From: Gracilinanus agilis | Lineage: Eukaryota | Length of the DNA stretch: 64,000 bases | Reading direction: 5' to 3' | NCBI RefSeq assembly: GCF_016433145.1 | Contig: NC_058131.1 | Span: forward strand, 570,491,453-570,555,452 | Shown: positions 50,501 to 64,000 of the stretch, piece after piece | How positions within the stretch are numbered: the first letter of the stretch is position 1 | How the letters are laid out: every line of letters begins with the position of its first letter | Program-made: the position numbers and the translations under genes | The notes under the pieces: generated by a model | What the model saw: only the letters and a program-made list of their open reading frames with translations | The model's database searches: none | What the model was told of the DNA's origin: nothing

Positions 50501-51029
50501 ATATAAAGTGACAGATAATATTTCAATAAAACAACTTTCTGCAAGTGAGATTATTCTCTAAGTCTTTAAAAAACAAAAGAAAAACTAAAAATGTTCTCAA
50601 CAATTTTGAAAAGTTCCCCAAATGATCATGAAAGTCTCTTCCAGCCTGAGATTTTTACTCTATTAGGTGCAACAAACTTCCAGTGAAGTCCTCTTTTATA
50701 CATTTTGGGCCTTTGGACAAGTTGCTTAACTTCTTTAGCCATTCTAGGTATCATCTTTGACATCTCACTCTCTTTTATGTCCCCGTATCTAATTCTTTGC
50801 CAAGTCCTGTTGTTTCTACTTTCAGAACATCTCTTGGGGCAGAGAGATGGCTCAACCAGGCTGGAGATGGGAGGATTTAAATATGGCTTTAGACACTACC
50901 AAGCTGTGTGACCTTGGGCAAGTCACTTAACCCTAATTGCCTTGCCTTACCACTTTTGCCTTGGAACTGATACTCAGCATGGAGTCTAAGACAGAAGGCA
51001 AGGGATTAAAAAACAGAAAGGAAGAACAT

Positions 51030-51690
51030 CTTTTGTGTCTACCCGTGTTCTTCCCCAGACATCTGCGATCACCTTAGTGCAGTCCCTCATCTCAGGCATG
51101 GACTACTACAATAGCCTAATGGTCAGTCTTCTTGCTGCATGTCTCTCTTTACTCCGTCCCATCTTCCAAGTGGTCTTTCTAAAGTGCCAGCCCTGCCTGG
51201 TCACTCCTCCTTTCTATTTGATCAGTTCCCACTCAACTCTCTGTTGCTTTCAGGATCAAATATCAAATCCAAACACTGGCCCCTGCCAGCCTTGCCAGTC
51301 TTCATGCAGCACCTTTTGCCCTCCCTGCAGAACTCTTGGGATGCTCCTTTGTGAACTAGGCAATCCATCTTCCATTTTCACTGGCTCCCTTCCATACCTA
51401 GAACTCTCTTCCTTCCTGCTTCCTAGATTCTCTGCCTTCTTTCAAGTCTCAAAGAACATCTCACCTTCCACAAGCAGCCTTTAATGCTAGTACCTTTCCT
51501 CTGAGGATTATCTCAATTCATCCTGCATATATCTTCTTTGTACATAATTATTTGCATGCTGTCTTCCTCCATTAGACTGTGAGTTCCGGGAGATAGGGAT
51601 TATTTTTTTCTTTTCTTTGTGTCATCAGGACACAGCATAGTGTCTGGCACATATTGGTACTTAATAAATGCTTGCTGACTGACCGACTGA
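51030..51690 (+). mobile_element. L2 3' region
   Basis: ttagtgcagtccctcatctca..ggactactacaatagcct..ttagactgtgagttcc..cacagcatagtgtctggcacat..cttaataaatgcttg. Confidence 0.85.
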
Positions 51691-54309
51691 CTAACTTGGG
51701 CCTCAGCTTCTTTATCTGTGGGGTGAGAGGGTTGGACTGGATGCCCTCTAAGGTTCCTTCCAATTCTTGTTCTGCAATCTGATGACACTAACTCCAGGGC
51801 CACTTCCCACAGTGACACTGGACTCCTGGCTGAGCATGGCAGCTGAGCAGAAGTTCTGACAGGTCCTTTTAAGGAGGAAAACCTTCAAGTATTTGCCTAG
51901 TGAGAGCTCATCTGTATCATCTGAAGACCAACCTTACAAAGGGCTCATTACAAGGGATAGCTAGGTGGTGCAGTGGATATGGAATACCAGGTCTGGAGTC
52001 AAGAAGACCTGACCTCGAATCTAGTCTCAGACACTAGCTGTGTGACTTTGGGCGAACCACTTAGCTGATGATTGCCTCCGTTTCCTTTAACATCTTAAAA
52101 AACGGGGATATAATACCTTTCAGCATTGTGGTGAACATCAAATGAGAAGATAATAGTAAAGCACTTTGCAAAGTGCCTAGCACACAGTAGGTGCTATATG
52201 CATATAACTGATTATTATTATAGAATTGGTCAGCAATTGGGAAGGTTTTCAGCCATAGTGACTCAAAAAGATCATCTGCTAGATTTGTATGGATAGAGGA
52301 ACTCAAGGCACTGATGTTGCCAAATCTGAAAAATTTTCATGTCTCATTTCCCATATAGATTAACAATTCAAATAAACAAAAACCAATGCTAACTTCACCC
52401 CTCCCCTTTGCTATTGTTATTCAATTGTTTTTTAAGTCCTGTCCAACTTTTGACCCCATTTGGGGTATTTGTGGCAAACATGGCTTGCCATTTCCTCCTT
52501 CAGCTCATTTTACAGATGAAGAAACCGAGGCAAACAAGGTTAAACGACTTACCCAACATCTCGAAGCTAGTGTCTGATGCCAGATTTGAGCTCAGGTCTT
52601 CCTGACTCCATCCATTGCACCAGCTAGCTGTCTCTACACATACCCTGTACATCCACATACAACAAAGGATGGGGGAATGCTTTTTGCTCCAACAGAAAGT
52701 TCTGAAGAGAACTCTCATCTCCCAAATCAACACAGCGGAGTTTTTCTTTGGGTAGGCCACTTCCTGATCAAACACTATATCAAGACCCAACTTCAGTTTT
52801 TCTACTCATCCATTATATTCTGTTCATGAGATGGGGCCATCCTGAAAGCTGTTCCTACCCAGCTGCACAAACCTCCCCCTCCCCAGGTCAGAGAAAAACA
52901 AAATACCAGGGGGGAGGAGAGGGGAGGGGATGGTGTGTTTGGTAGCAATTAATTCAAGGGACTTTAAACACAGCTTTTAGAGCAGGAAATGAATCACTAA
53001 TTTCTGAAGGAAGCAGAAAAGGTATGGAGGAGAGGGCTGGTAGGGAGAAGGGATAAAAAGAAAGGAGATGACAATGCTACTAGCTTAGAGGGGGTCTGGC
53101 AACAGTTGCTGATGGCAGAAAAACCCTCAAGGGATCTTTTAAGATGCCAACAAGTAATTATCCACATTATACTCCAAAGGAGCTCCCTACAATAACAAAA
53201 TACCAAGATAGTGACCCAGGAATGAGTCAGGAATCACCTACCTCCCTGAATCACCAAGGTAACTTCCAGCATTACCTGGGGTTTTCCCAAGAGGGGTCAG
53301 GAAGGGGAAGGAGGGGGAGTGTCTGTCTCCTCTCCTACTATGGAGCTAAACTCTGCCTTGCCAAAAGCAATGAACCAGCTGCTGGCTCTCCCAAAGGAAA
53401 GAGAATCCCTCAGTTTTTCCTCCCTGAGCCAGGCAAATGGTGACATTTCTTTAACCAAAAAACATTTAAAAATTAAAATACAATAGGAAAATACTATGGT
53501 GTGACTGAGTGACAAGATCCCAAACATTTGGGTGAAAGTCATAGAGGGTTCCCACCCTTTCCCTACCACCTGCCCCATGACTAAGCCTTCAGTCTGCACT
53601 CCCACTCAGCCTTCTGAAAGAGCATGCCAGGAAACTAACCATCTCACCCCAAGTCACACAAATACAACCATCACAACACCTCTAGGCAATGTCTATTTAC
53701 TAAAAGTCTGCACTGCCTGTCTGCTCTGTGGACAAAGAGAGACCATCCTGATTCTAATAATGTGACACAGCCCCTGTTTTCTAGCTTGGGTCCTTGAAGG
53801 CTTCCTGTGTAAACGAAGAGCCTTCCTGATCTCTCAGCTCTTCTTAATGAAGAGGTCGTTTCTTAGGTGTAAACTTTCCTGGCCCTACATGCTCTCTGCT
53901 GGAAGAAGGAGACTACAAGCTTGACTCTCTAGCAATTCCAAGGGCTTGCCCCTTTGACTGAAGGGGATGGTGTGTGTGGAGAAAGCCTGGACCCCGGGGT
54001 CATTGTCTGGAGGGTCTAAGAATTGTCTATAAGCAAAGAGGACTGTGTAGGTCCCTAGAGAAGTGGAGTCTACTAGAGAAGAGGGAGAACCACTCTAACA
54101 GTTAATGGCTTCAGGTGTGAAGTGTTTTGCCTTTTTTTTTTTTTGGTCTTATTAAATTAATTAAACATTCTAGATTTGATGTCTTGTTAGCCTCAGTGCT
54201 TGCATGGGAGCAGAGGGCCTTCCCTTTTATTGTCGAGACTTTGGCACATGTCAAATTCTTCTATTTCCAGGGAAAACATTGAAGAGAGCATATGAACCAA
54301 AGAGATCTT

Positions 54310-54560
54310 ATATGTTGTTGAGTTATTTCAGTCATGCCCAACCACTTGTGACCTCACTGAGGGTCTTCTTGGCAAAGATACCAGAGTCGTTTGCCATTTC
54401 CTTCTCCAGCTAATTTAATAGATGAGAAAACTGAGACAAACAGGATTAAGTGACTTGCCCAGGGTCACACAGCTAGTAAGTATTTGAGGCTAGATTCGAA
54501 CTCATGAAGATGAATCTTCCCGATTCCAGGGTTGGCCACCCCCTGCTCCACCTAGCTGTC
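54310..54560 (-). mobile_element. MAR1 SINE
   Basis: ttcttggcaaagataccagag..tttgccatttccttctccagct..gacttgcccagggtcacacagctag. Confidence 0.9.
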
Positions 54561-55580
54561 CCAAATCAATTTGAGGAGCCTCCAATTTGAATTCAACCCA
54601 CATAAATGCAATTTTGGTTCTGAACCACTGGTTTCATTTTTTTTTCTGTTTGATGTTTTTAAAGGGTGAGGTTGAAGGTGGTAGAGGTCCTGATGACATC
54701 TGATCAGGACTTTGACTGGCAGCCTTTTGATTGGCAGCTGCAGTTCCTTTAAAGGCAGCAGAAAGCCAAGGAACAGAAGCCAAAGTCATATTTTAGACTT
54801 GATGTATTCAAAGTTAAAAATCTGTCCCACAATACATCTGCTATCAGTTTATCTTCTGCTCTACATACATACTGCTTCATGCTCATGTCCCTCTGTGTGC
54901 TTCCTTATCTTTCATTTAATGCAATAAGCAACACTGGACTGCTGACCCAGTGTTCCCACCAAGACTGAAGTCATTGTTCCGGAGAAGGTTTGTGACCAGG
55001 ATCTGAGGTCAAGGCAAACCCCACTTTCTGACACCCATTCCCTCACCTCAAGTTGTTCACGATCTATGTACACTGCACCCCCACTCCATTACATTAGTTC
55101 AACATTCCTGCATATAGCCAGAAGAACATTTAAGAAACTCAACAGCTGGGGACAATTTATTTTACATCTATTTTAATTTAATGGTACAGGCTGCTCTGAG
55201 AGCATGCTGTGAGATTAAAAATTTCCTCCTTTGACCAGCTTCTGCCAAACACTCCCCCAAATCCACCTCTCTGATAGTGTTTTCTCAGAAATAGACAGGC
55301 ATCTCGGCAGTCCTGTAAGATGGCTCAAGTGCTTGCTTTCTCAATGAAAGGAAAAAAGAAGAAAAGGAAGAAAAAGAATTTGAAACTCAAAATTTTAAAA
55401 AAACAATTAAAAATAGTTTTTACATGTAACTGGAAAAAATAAAATAAAACGAAAAAATTTAAAGATGGCTCAAGTGATTCAAGAAGGCAGAGGAAAACCG
55501 AAATACATATGATTTAGCCAAAAAGCCCACCTTCTCCCACCCTGGGCTTTCCCTTTATCCATCTTTTGATAACTTTACTG

Positions 55581-55584
<4 letters not shown>

Positions 55585-55639
<55 letters not shown>
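55585..55639. repeat. (CA)n microsatellite
   Basis: Perfect run. Confidence 0.97.
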
Positions 55640-57049
55640 ATTTTTCCTGGAGACTGCCAGTCATCTGCTGGATTTTATTTAAACTTATCCACTTGTTAGT
55701 TATAAAACTTAAGTCTCAAAGCAACACCACCAGCCTTTAAGTTTGGGGTTGAGTGAAGAAGAGGGATTTCTATCGGTTAATTTTCTCCCCTATGAAAATG
55801 CACTGTCTTTTCCTATAAAGGGCAGGAGGGCTGCCATAATATAAACTACAAATCAGTGATTTCATCCTCATTTCCTGGCAATGGAGGAGTCAGGGAGAGA
55901 GTGGGGAGGGGAAACACAGCAATGTTTAGCCCACTCTCGGAAGATAGCATCAGGCTTCAAGCAGCAACAGCGGCAAAGGCGAAGACGGGGCCCCACAGTT
56001 TCTGCAAAGACAGTATGCTATCTGATTCTATAAACATTATGGCTGGGTCATGTGTAGAATGAGCTGTTACTATTTAACTGCTGGTGGGGCCTCATAAACA
56101 ATCAGTTATTAGATGAAGCATGAAATATTTCAGCAAAAATTTAGGGCCAAATATGCTCTAGACAAACATTTCATTTTATTGGCAATTTTTTTTAAAAAAA
56201 TGAACTTAGAGGTTTAGGAGGAAAAACCAGCAATGTCAAGCAAAAACAATGTCAACGACAACACACATGCATCTACACAAGACCCTCATTAACAAAGCCC
56301 ACATTTTAGCCGATAATCCCACAAGTCCAACTGCTCGCTGAACATCTCCACTTGGATGTCCTGCTGCCACCTCCAATGCCATATGTGTAAAACTCTCTCT
56401 CATCTTCCCTACTAAACCTGCCTCTCCTTCCAAGCTTTATTTCTCTGAAAAGCACCGATCATTCATGCCTATGTAAATACTAAATAAATGCTTATTTCCT
56501 TTCTTCCTTTAACTTTTCTACATCCCCATGCATCCAATCAATCACCTGCCAGGTTATGCTGACTGACATGGCAGCTAAATGGCGCACTGGACTGGAGACA
56601 GGGAGTTGTTGTTGGGTCATTTCTCAGTTGGGTTCGACTGTTCATGACTCCATTTGGGTATTTCTCGGCAAAATTACTGGAGCAGTTCTTCAGATCATTT
56701 GAATGAGGGGCAAACAGGATAAAGTGACTTGTCCAGGGTCACACAGCTTAAGTGTCTAAGACCAGATTTGAAATCAAGAAGATGAGCCTTTTTGACTCCG
56801 AGCCCAGCCTTCTATCCATTGTGCCACATAATTGCCAGAATCAGGGATACAAGTTCAAATCCAGTCTCAGACAGTCTTAGTAACTGGACATATTATTTAA
56901 TCACTGTATTCCTCAGTTTCCTCACCTGTAAAATGAGGGTAATAGTAATAACACCTACCTCCTGGGACTGTTGTGAAGCTCAAATGAGATAATAAAGTGA
57001 GGATCAAATGAGATAATATTTACAAAGCATTTTCCCTAGAAGTTCAGGC

Positions 57050-58060
57050 TCTCATTACCTCTTACCTAAACACCTGGAATAGCCTCTTAACTGGTCTCAC
57101 TCCCTCCAGTCTCTCTAACCCTTCTAGTCCTTTTTTCACACAATCTTCCAAAAAAGAAAAAAAATCACAGTATGCACAGATATAATCTCAGCTCAAATAA
57201 CCTTCAATAGCTGCCTATTAGAGAAGAAAAATAGGTTCAAGTGCAAAAAGCACTGGATTTGTAGTTAGAAGTCTTGGGGTTAAATCCCAGCGATGCCACT
57301 TATTGCCTGGGTAAGTAACTTTGGGCAAACTGTCTTACTTCTCTGTGTCTTGGTTTCCAATGATCTCTGGGTCTACTGGATAAAATTCAAAACTATCTGC
57401 ATCTAAAGCCCTCCATAATCTGGTTTCACACTCCCTTTCTAGTCTTACTTCACTTTATTCCCTGCTTCTTACACACTATGTTCTCACAATATTAGACTCC
57501 AAGTCATTTCCTGATCTTGTACTGTCTTCCTATGTTGCTGGCTATCTCCACAGGTCATCCTTCATGCCAGCACTTGATCACGTTTGGCTTTTTCTCAGTC
57601 TTTGCCTTCCTCCAGAGACTTCTCCCAGAAGAGAACACTGAAGCACACGTGTTCTTTCTCAAAGCTGGAAGCCAGAGGACCTCAAGATCTCCTCCATACT
57701 TTCATCAACTGCCTGATTCACAGAGGTACCATCTTAATCAAATGAATATGAGGCCCAAGTTATAATCTCTTTCTCACTTTTCCCTCTTGAAATCTTTTCC
57801 TCCTTTCACGACCCAGATCAAATGCCACCATAAAGCCCTCCCCAATCCTCTCCAAGTAAAAGTAGGATCTAATTCCTCAAATTCTTCTATTGTATTTTGC
57901 CTCATTCTTCTCATCTCTACCACAGTATTCAACAGCTGTATCCCAGGTCTAATCCACCTCATAGATTATTCTAAGTTCCTTAAGGATGGATTGGTTTTAT
58001 CTTCTTATATTTAGCACCTTGCTCTATCCTTTGCCCAATGTGAGTGAGTCTGCTGAACTG
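57050..58060 (+). mobile_element. L2 fragment interrupted by MIR
   Basis: gaatagcctcttaactggtctc..aaagccctccataatctgg..cagatcaaatgccacc..cttcctgaagg-like L2 3' motifs. Confidence 0.7.
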
Positions 58061-58369
58061 AATTTATTGAATTTAAAATGTAGCATTTCTTTTTTTTCCT
58101 ATTTTATTCATGGTATTAAAAAATATATAATCCCCAAACCCAAGAAAAATAAAGTATAAAAAAAGTATGTTTCAATTGTGTTCAGACTCCATCAGTTCCT
58201 TCCCTGGAGGTAGATAACATATTTCATCCTAAGTCCTTCAGAATTGTCTTAAATCACTGTATCGCTGAGAATAGCTATGTCATTCACAGTTGATCATCGT
58301 AAAGCGTACCATTTATTTCTAATATATTACATATAATTCTACAGCAAACCACATCTTGACAGTCACCCA

Positions 58370-59330
58370 ATTTACTGGAAATTATAAAGACTACAAAATC
58401 CCTTTGGCTTATTGTTTGTTGACTTAAAAAGCATTTGATTCAGCAGAGCAAGATGTCACCTTAAAGACTCCAATGAAGTATCTCTCATGCCTATATCAAA
58501 ATCATATAGGATTCCACAAAAGACGTGACAATACAAATAACTATGTTCAATGACCTCATTGTTCACAAAGTTTAGGCATAAAGCAAGATGGAGATGTTTT
58601 TGCCATTATCATGAAGAAAGTCCAGCCCAGAGTCCAAATGGGAGAAAGATAATAATGCTTACAGATGACATTGTGGTCACTTCATAGAGCCCTGGAACAG
58701 GGAAAAGCCTCCCAAATGATAGCCCTAATTACACAAAAGATTTCTGCCTCGCTATCCATATGGGGAAAATCAAGTGGATGAAGAATACGATTGTCTAGAC
58801 CAGTGATGGGCAAACTACAGCCCGCAGGCCAGATGCAGCCCCCTGAAATGTTCTATCAGGCCACACAGAAATTATTCCTAATCAGACGAATACACTGAGT
58901 AGGATACAATACAATGAAACTTCAAAAGATTTGCCTTAGAAACAAACTGACAGATGAGCATTTCCTTCCCTTTGGCCCCCTCTTTAAAAAGTTTGCCCAT
59001 CACTGGTCTAGACCATAATAAGTAGTAGGATAAACAACCCATAGAGTTTGTTCACTAGTATACATATTTTGGATAGATATTAAAAATGCGCAGTGAATTG
59101 GGCCTAGGACTAAATGGATTGCCTTTGAAAACGTGCACCATCTTTGTAATCACCCTAAGTATCTTCCTAAAACAAAGGCCTCTCTTTTAAACATCAATAT
59201 CTAAGTGATGCTACATGTTTGGGAGTCAACGAAATCCAGAGTCTCCAAAGAATTACAGCTGTGGGTCACCCAAAAAGCAGGGAAGAAACATGTGGTCAAT
59301 ATGAGCAGACTGCAGTTTATTGCCAACACA
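58370..59330 (+). mobile_element. RTE-clade LINE RT remnant, interrupted by a hAT MITE
   Basis: gactacaaaatccc..ttattgtttgttgact..aaaagcatttgattca (EYKIPL..FVDYKKAFDS-like) and atgcttacagatgacattgt (.ADDIV-like); many frameshifts. Confidence 0.75.
58801..59005 (+). mobile_element. hAT-Charlie-type MITE, 205 bp, perfect 16-bp TIRs, 8-bp TSD GTCTAGAC
   Basis: TIR cagtgatgggcaaact (58801-58816) / agtttgcccatcactg (58990-59005); TSD at 58793-58800 and 59006-59013. Confidence 0.95.
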
Positions 59331-59734
59331 ATACTGAATTGGATTTCTTTTAAATGAGAGAGTTTTTTGTTTTTGTTGGGTTTTTTTTTTTTTGCTTTAG
59401 GAAGGGGGAGGTATTAAGCAATATAACAAAAGGAGGGAGAGGAAATCTAGAAAACACTTTTTAAAAGAACAAAAAAAGATGCCTGGAAGACGCAGGGGAA
59501 AGGACTCGATACTCCAGCCATTGCTGCTCTCCCCCTTCAGACTTCCACTCAACACTCCAGATCCTGCCTGGGGCTCTGCATTCAAGACTAGAAATAGTTC
59601 ACCATTTCTAGATGTCCAGGACACACCGTATGCCACCCTCCTACCCATCATCTCGCCCCAATCTTGCTTTTTACCTCTTGCTCTGGAAACGAATGCAATA
59701 GTATCATTCCCAAAAAAGTTATATTAATTAGTCA

Positions 59735-59930
59735 GGGACAGCTAGGTGGCTCAGTGGCTAGAGAGCCAGACCTTTAGACAGGAGGTCCTGGGTTCAAATA
59801 TGACCTTAATCACTTCTTAGCTATGTGACCCTAAGCAAGTCACTTAACCTCAATTGTCTAACCCTTACCTATTTTATGCCTTGAAATTAATACTTAGTAT
59901 TAGTTATAAGATGGAAGCTAAGAATTTTTT
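59735..59930 (+). mobile_element. SINE1_Mdo-type SINE
   Basis: gggacagctaggtggctcagtgg..cctgggttcaaat..aagtcacttaacc. Confidence 0.85.
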
Positions 59931-62325
59931 TAAAGGTAAGTGCATGCACTTACATGCAGTGACTTGTATACTGCTTTTTGCATTTCATCTCCAGTGACTA
60001 CTTAGTAAATGTTCATTCAAAGGATGTAATCAGAAATACAGAACTGGGAACAGAAGGAAGGCTGCCCGTTAACAGGGAAGCAAATAATAACCAACGGAGA
60101 GCCTATGTCTTCCATTAGCATCCAGGAAATGTCACAAGATATTTAGAGGAAGAGTCCCAGAATACTGACTGATCTCCTGTGGAGAATTTATGAGGGAGGG
60201 CATAAGGACATAGTCTCAAAGGATGAGAAGGTAAGGATTAGTTGTAATCAACAGGGCTGGAGAGGCACCCTCCTCAGTGGAACTGAAGTACTCTACCCAA
60301 TCATTTAATATCTTTAATATCTGGAGGTAAAATTCTGATGTAAATTATCAAATGAACAATTTAAAAAAGCAAACTAGATAATATAGCTACATATCAGGTG
60401 GACTAATCCCAGGGGGTTTTGTCATGGGTTTAAAAAAATAATAATAACACATACTTTCTGTCTTTTACCAAAGCAGTGGAGTGGTAAAGGCTAGGCAATG
60501 GGGATTAAATGACTTGCCTAGGGATACACAGCTGAGGTCACAGCTGAACTCAGGACCTCTTGACTCCAGGTCTGGCTCTCTATCCTTTGAGCCATTTAGC
60601 TGCTCCAGACCTGTAGGTTTAAAATCAAAAGTGCTATTCATGTTAGTAGCATGACTAACTGAAATTTACTTGAAAATTTAAAAAATTTGAGTTCTAAGCA
60701 AGCATGGCAAATATACATGCTAAAAAAAACCTCTGTGAAAGAGTAGTAATGGCAAATTTTTTATCTTAATAGCTTAAGTTTTTATTTATATTAAAAAATT
60801 TATATTTTTGGAATAATGACTGACTGTACTATGCAACTGATGCTGCTAACAACAAAACTGTATACTGGCATAGAGACTCAAGAGTCACATTATCCCAAAG
60901 TACTCTTTACCAAATCTGAAATTAAAATCAATACACAAATGGCAAGTAGAGGACACTTTCCAGGGCTTCCTCCTCCCCCCAGCTGTCTTGGGGTAAGACA
61001 CAACAGCTGTCACACAGCTGCCTAATGTGCCTGCAGGAGGGGCCCAAGCCCTGCCAGTAACAGTACCTCAGCTGCAGAGGGAAGTTCCAAATGAGGCAGG
61101 ATGTCCCTCCACAAGTTCATATCCCAGAAAGGATAAGCAAACCCTTAATTTGGTTGAGTTTAGTTCAAACACGAAGCATCTGTAGTTCACAGAGCTCTTT
61201 GCTAGATGGCCAGGAAATGGTTTTGATAAGATGGGTTCTTACTATCCGGGTACTAGATATACAAATTAACCATAACATAATATACAAATAACTATGAAAG
61301 GTGCAAAGTGCTTGTTACATGAAGTCCTATGAGAAAAGGTCTCGTAGGCTTCAGACATGAAGTTTGAATCTGGTCATTCTCCAGGCTGGCGAGCTTTTAG
61401 CTCGCATATAAGCTTTCTGTTTGTTGATTTGAAATTCTTCCCTTCTGTCTGAGTTGATACTGAGTTCTAAGGCAAAAGAATGGTAAGGGAAATTGGGGCC
61501 AAGTAATTTGATCAGGGTCATGAAGAGTGTTTGAGATCAAATTTGAATCCAGAACCTCCTGTCTCTAGAGCTGATGCTCTATCCACTGAGCTACCAACAT
61601 GCCCCCTTTGCATATTAGCTTACCATGTTCCCTTTGAACATTTACACGGAACATCTTCAATCCATATAAGCCCACTGGAGACCACTATGACTAGTCCACT
61701 CTTCCTGTGCCCATGTCTCTTTTTCTTTACTTACTAGTATATAATTGCCATAAATTCAAGATTTAAAAAAATTTTTTTCTTGCTTGAGAGTAATTTCAAC
61801 ATAAGAGGCGAGCTAACTTCCCGAGTCGACAAAGTGAACTGTTTGGAGAAGGCGCTATGGGGAAGCCTGCAGAAACTATACACTGCATCAAGAGATAGAG
61901 AGTGAACTTTGGAATATAGTGAATTGAACTGAAGGGGGTTGAACACATTTATTTTGATTGCAAACTTTTATTCCAAAGAGGATTGCCCCTAATTGGCTTT
62001 TGTCAATGTGCCTACCAATCATTGGTTTTGTTCTCTTTCTCTTTTATTTCTCTCATATCTCCAATTGTTGTAATTTCCCTTAGATAGTGCAATATTGTGT
62101 GCACCTTTTGTAAGAGATATAAACTGGTTATTTGTAATGATTCACTGGGGAGACTAGGCAGGTAAATCTGGGAGATTTCAGCATGCTCGCCTCCCAATAG
62201 AATTACAGGGGGGATTGTGATGATAGAAACCACTCCCTAAGTTTGTCCTGCCCTGCACCCCATTTTTGCATGCCTATGTTGAGGGAGGTACAGGACATGG
62301 AGGATAAAAAGTGTGGAGTGGAGTG

Positions 62326-62402
<77 letters not shown>
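62326..62402. repeat. (CT)n microsatellite
   Basis: Near-perfect run. Confidence 0.97.
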
Positions 62403-62404
<2 letters not shown>

Positions 62405-64000
62405 CACTCAAAGGCTGGGTGGGCTAAGTGGCTTGTCAGGCTTCAGATTTCAGCTTAGTTATTTTTTTAGATAGGTGAGATTTTTCTGTCCCCTTCCTAC
62501 ATTTTCCTTTTTTCATATATTTCCATTTTAATTAAAATTACATTGTTAAGAGCTACTAAAAAGACTCCTGACTTGAGTTAATTTTATAATGGCAACCACA
62601 TTATTTTAATTAATATTACCCTTAATAATTTTACTTTCATTTATTACACTAGTTAACTGGGATGTCATGCTTGTCCATTACAGGGTCTTTGAGGTTGAAC
62701 CCTCCAAAATGTTTCTTACATCTCCAGAGCTTACCTCACAATATCCATATGTTTGAAATCCTTCCCCATTCTTTAAGGATTTAATATTTCCAATACCAGC
62801 TCCTTGCCGAAACCTTCTCTCTTCTCCTCACTTAGCTCCTTCTTTATCCCTTCTCATCCTGAGTAAGTACATCTCCTAAGCACTTATCAGATTCTAATTT
62901 ATATGATTTATAATTTATATAATTCATAATCTAATTTATATAATTTTTAAATATTCTCATTCATGTTGTGGTGATTTGTGTCCCTGTCTTGTCCCTAATA
63001 AGTGCCATGATAGGGAGGACGGTTTTATTCATCTCATAATTCCCAGGACACAGCACAGAAACTTATTTAGGGTGCTCCATAAACCTGGTTAATGGAACTG
63101 AATTAGACTGAATCCCAGGTACAGTAGTAGGGCAGGACCTAGAGCAAATACAGGTAAAAAAAACAGGCTGCTACCAAGACTACCGATTCATTTCATAAAG
63201 CCTCTAAGAGATAATATGTAGAAGTCAGAGAGAGAACACACTGAAGGGGGAGGAGGGAACCTATCATTCAGGTTAATGTAAGAGGAAAAGGTATGAAATT
63301 GAGTAAAGGGGTTAGCAAAAGACCACCAAAAACAAAACAAAACATGAAAATTAGGCAGATTCATTCCTGAAGGAAAAATGCATTTCAACCCATTCACTAA
63401 CATAGCCTTAAAAATCATGTAGAAGCATCAAATCTGGCATTATGAAAAACAAAAAACAACAACAAAAACCATACCTCATAACAAATTGTTGTGAAAATAA
63501 ATACTATCATAGTAGCAAGGAGTATTTTTTCTCCTACAGCTTTCCTTTGCTCACTTAGCTCTGCATCAATTTGCTTGAGAGGCTTTCTACAACCAGATTT
63601 CTAAAGACTTCTGAAAGATGGTCAATAATTAGCTCTGCCTAAATTCGCCACATTGATGGATTTGCATAAGATCAGCATGAGAGGAAGTACAGTGTAGAAG
63701 AGAAAGCCAGTCTTGATGCCAAGAAGGCCTGGGCCAACTCTTGCCTTTAACCCAAGATGACCATCTGACCTCAGACAAGCCATTTCACTCTCAATGCTCT
63801 AGGCAACTCTCTAAGACTATAAACTGTGAAGGAGGTATCCATCTGCATTAATGGGGTGATTTTCCATTGACTTGGGAGTTTCCTATACCAATAAAATTAT
63901 AAGTCTAACAAGGCTCATAAGGCATAGAGGTGGCTGAGTGGATAGAATGCTGGGCCTTGACTCAGAGTTCAAATTCAACCTCAGGCACTTACTTGCTTTG

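Overview
Marsupial genomic DNA; the dominant SINE1_Mdo/MAR1/MIR/L1/L2/L3/RTE repeat content points to a didelphid opossum such as Monodelphis (inferred). The window holds part of SMAD3 on the minus strand: coding exons 2-5 complete (18014-17821, 17665-17531, 15247-15173, 9642-9592) and exon 6 cut by the window edge (179-1), all with canonical AG/GT boundaries and a continuous frame. Exon 1 was not found, so 18015-64000 is read as part of the long first intron. The rest is retroposons, a few hAT MITEs, simple repeats and two N gaps. I see no convincing novel multi-gene system. The best leads are: (1) a candidate alternative first coding exon at ~43.0 kb that splices in frame to exon 2; (2) a hAT MITE whose target-site duplication doubled a perfect palindromic Smad-binding element (GTCTAGAC) inside SMAD3; (3) a small CpG island with a strong splice donor in intron 5; (4) a tail-to-tail SINE hairpin whose arms share non-consensus bases; (5) one L1 endonuclease site apparently used twice. 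Repeat family names come from recalled consensus sequences, not database searches, and repeat boundaries are approximate.
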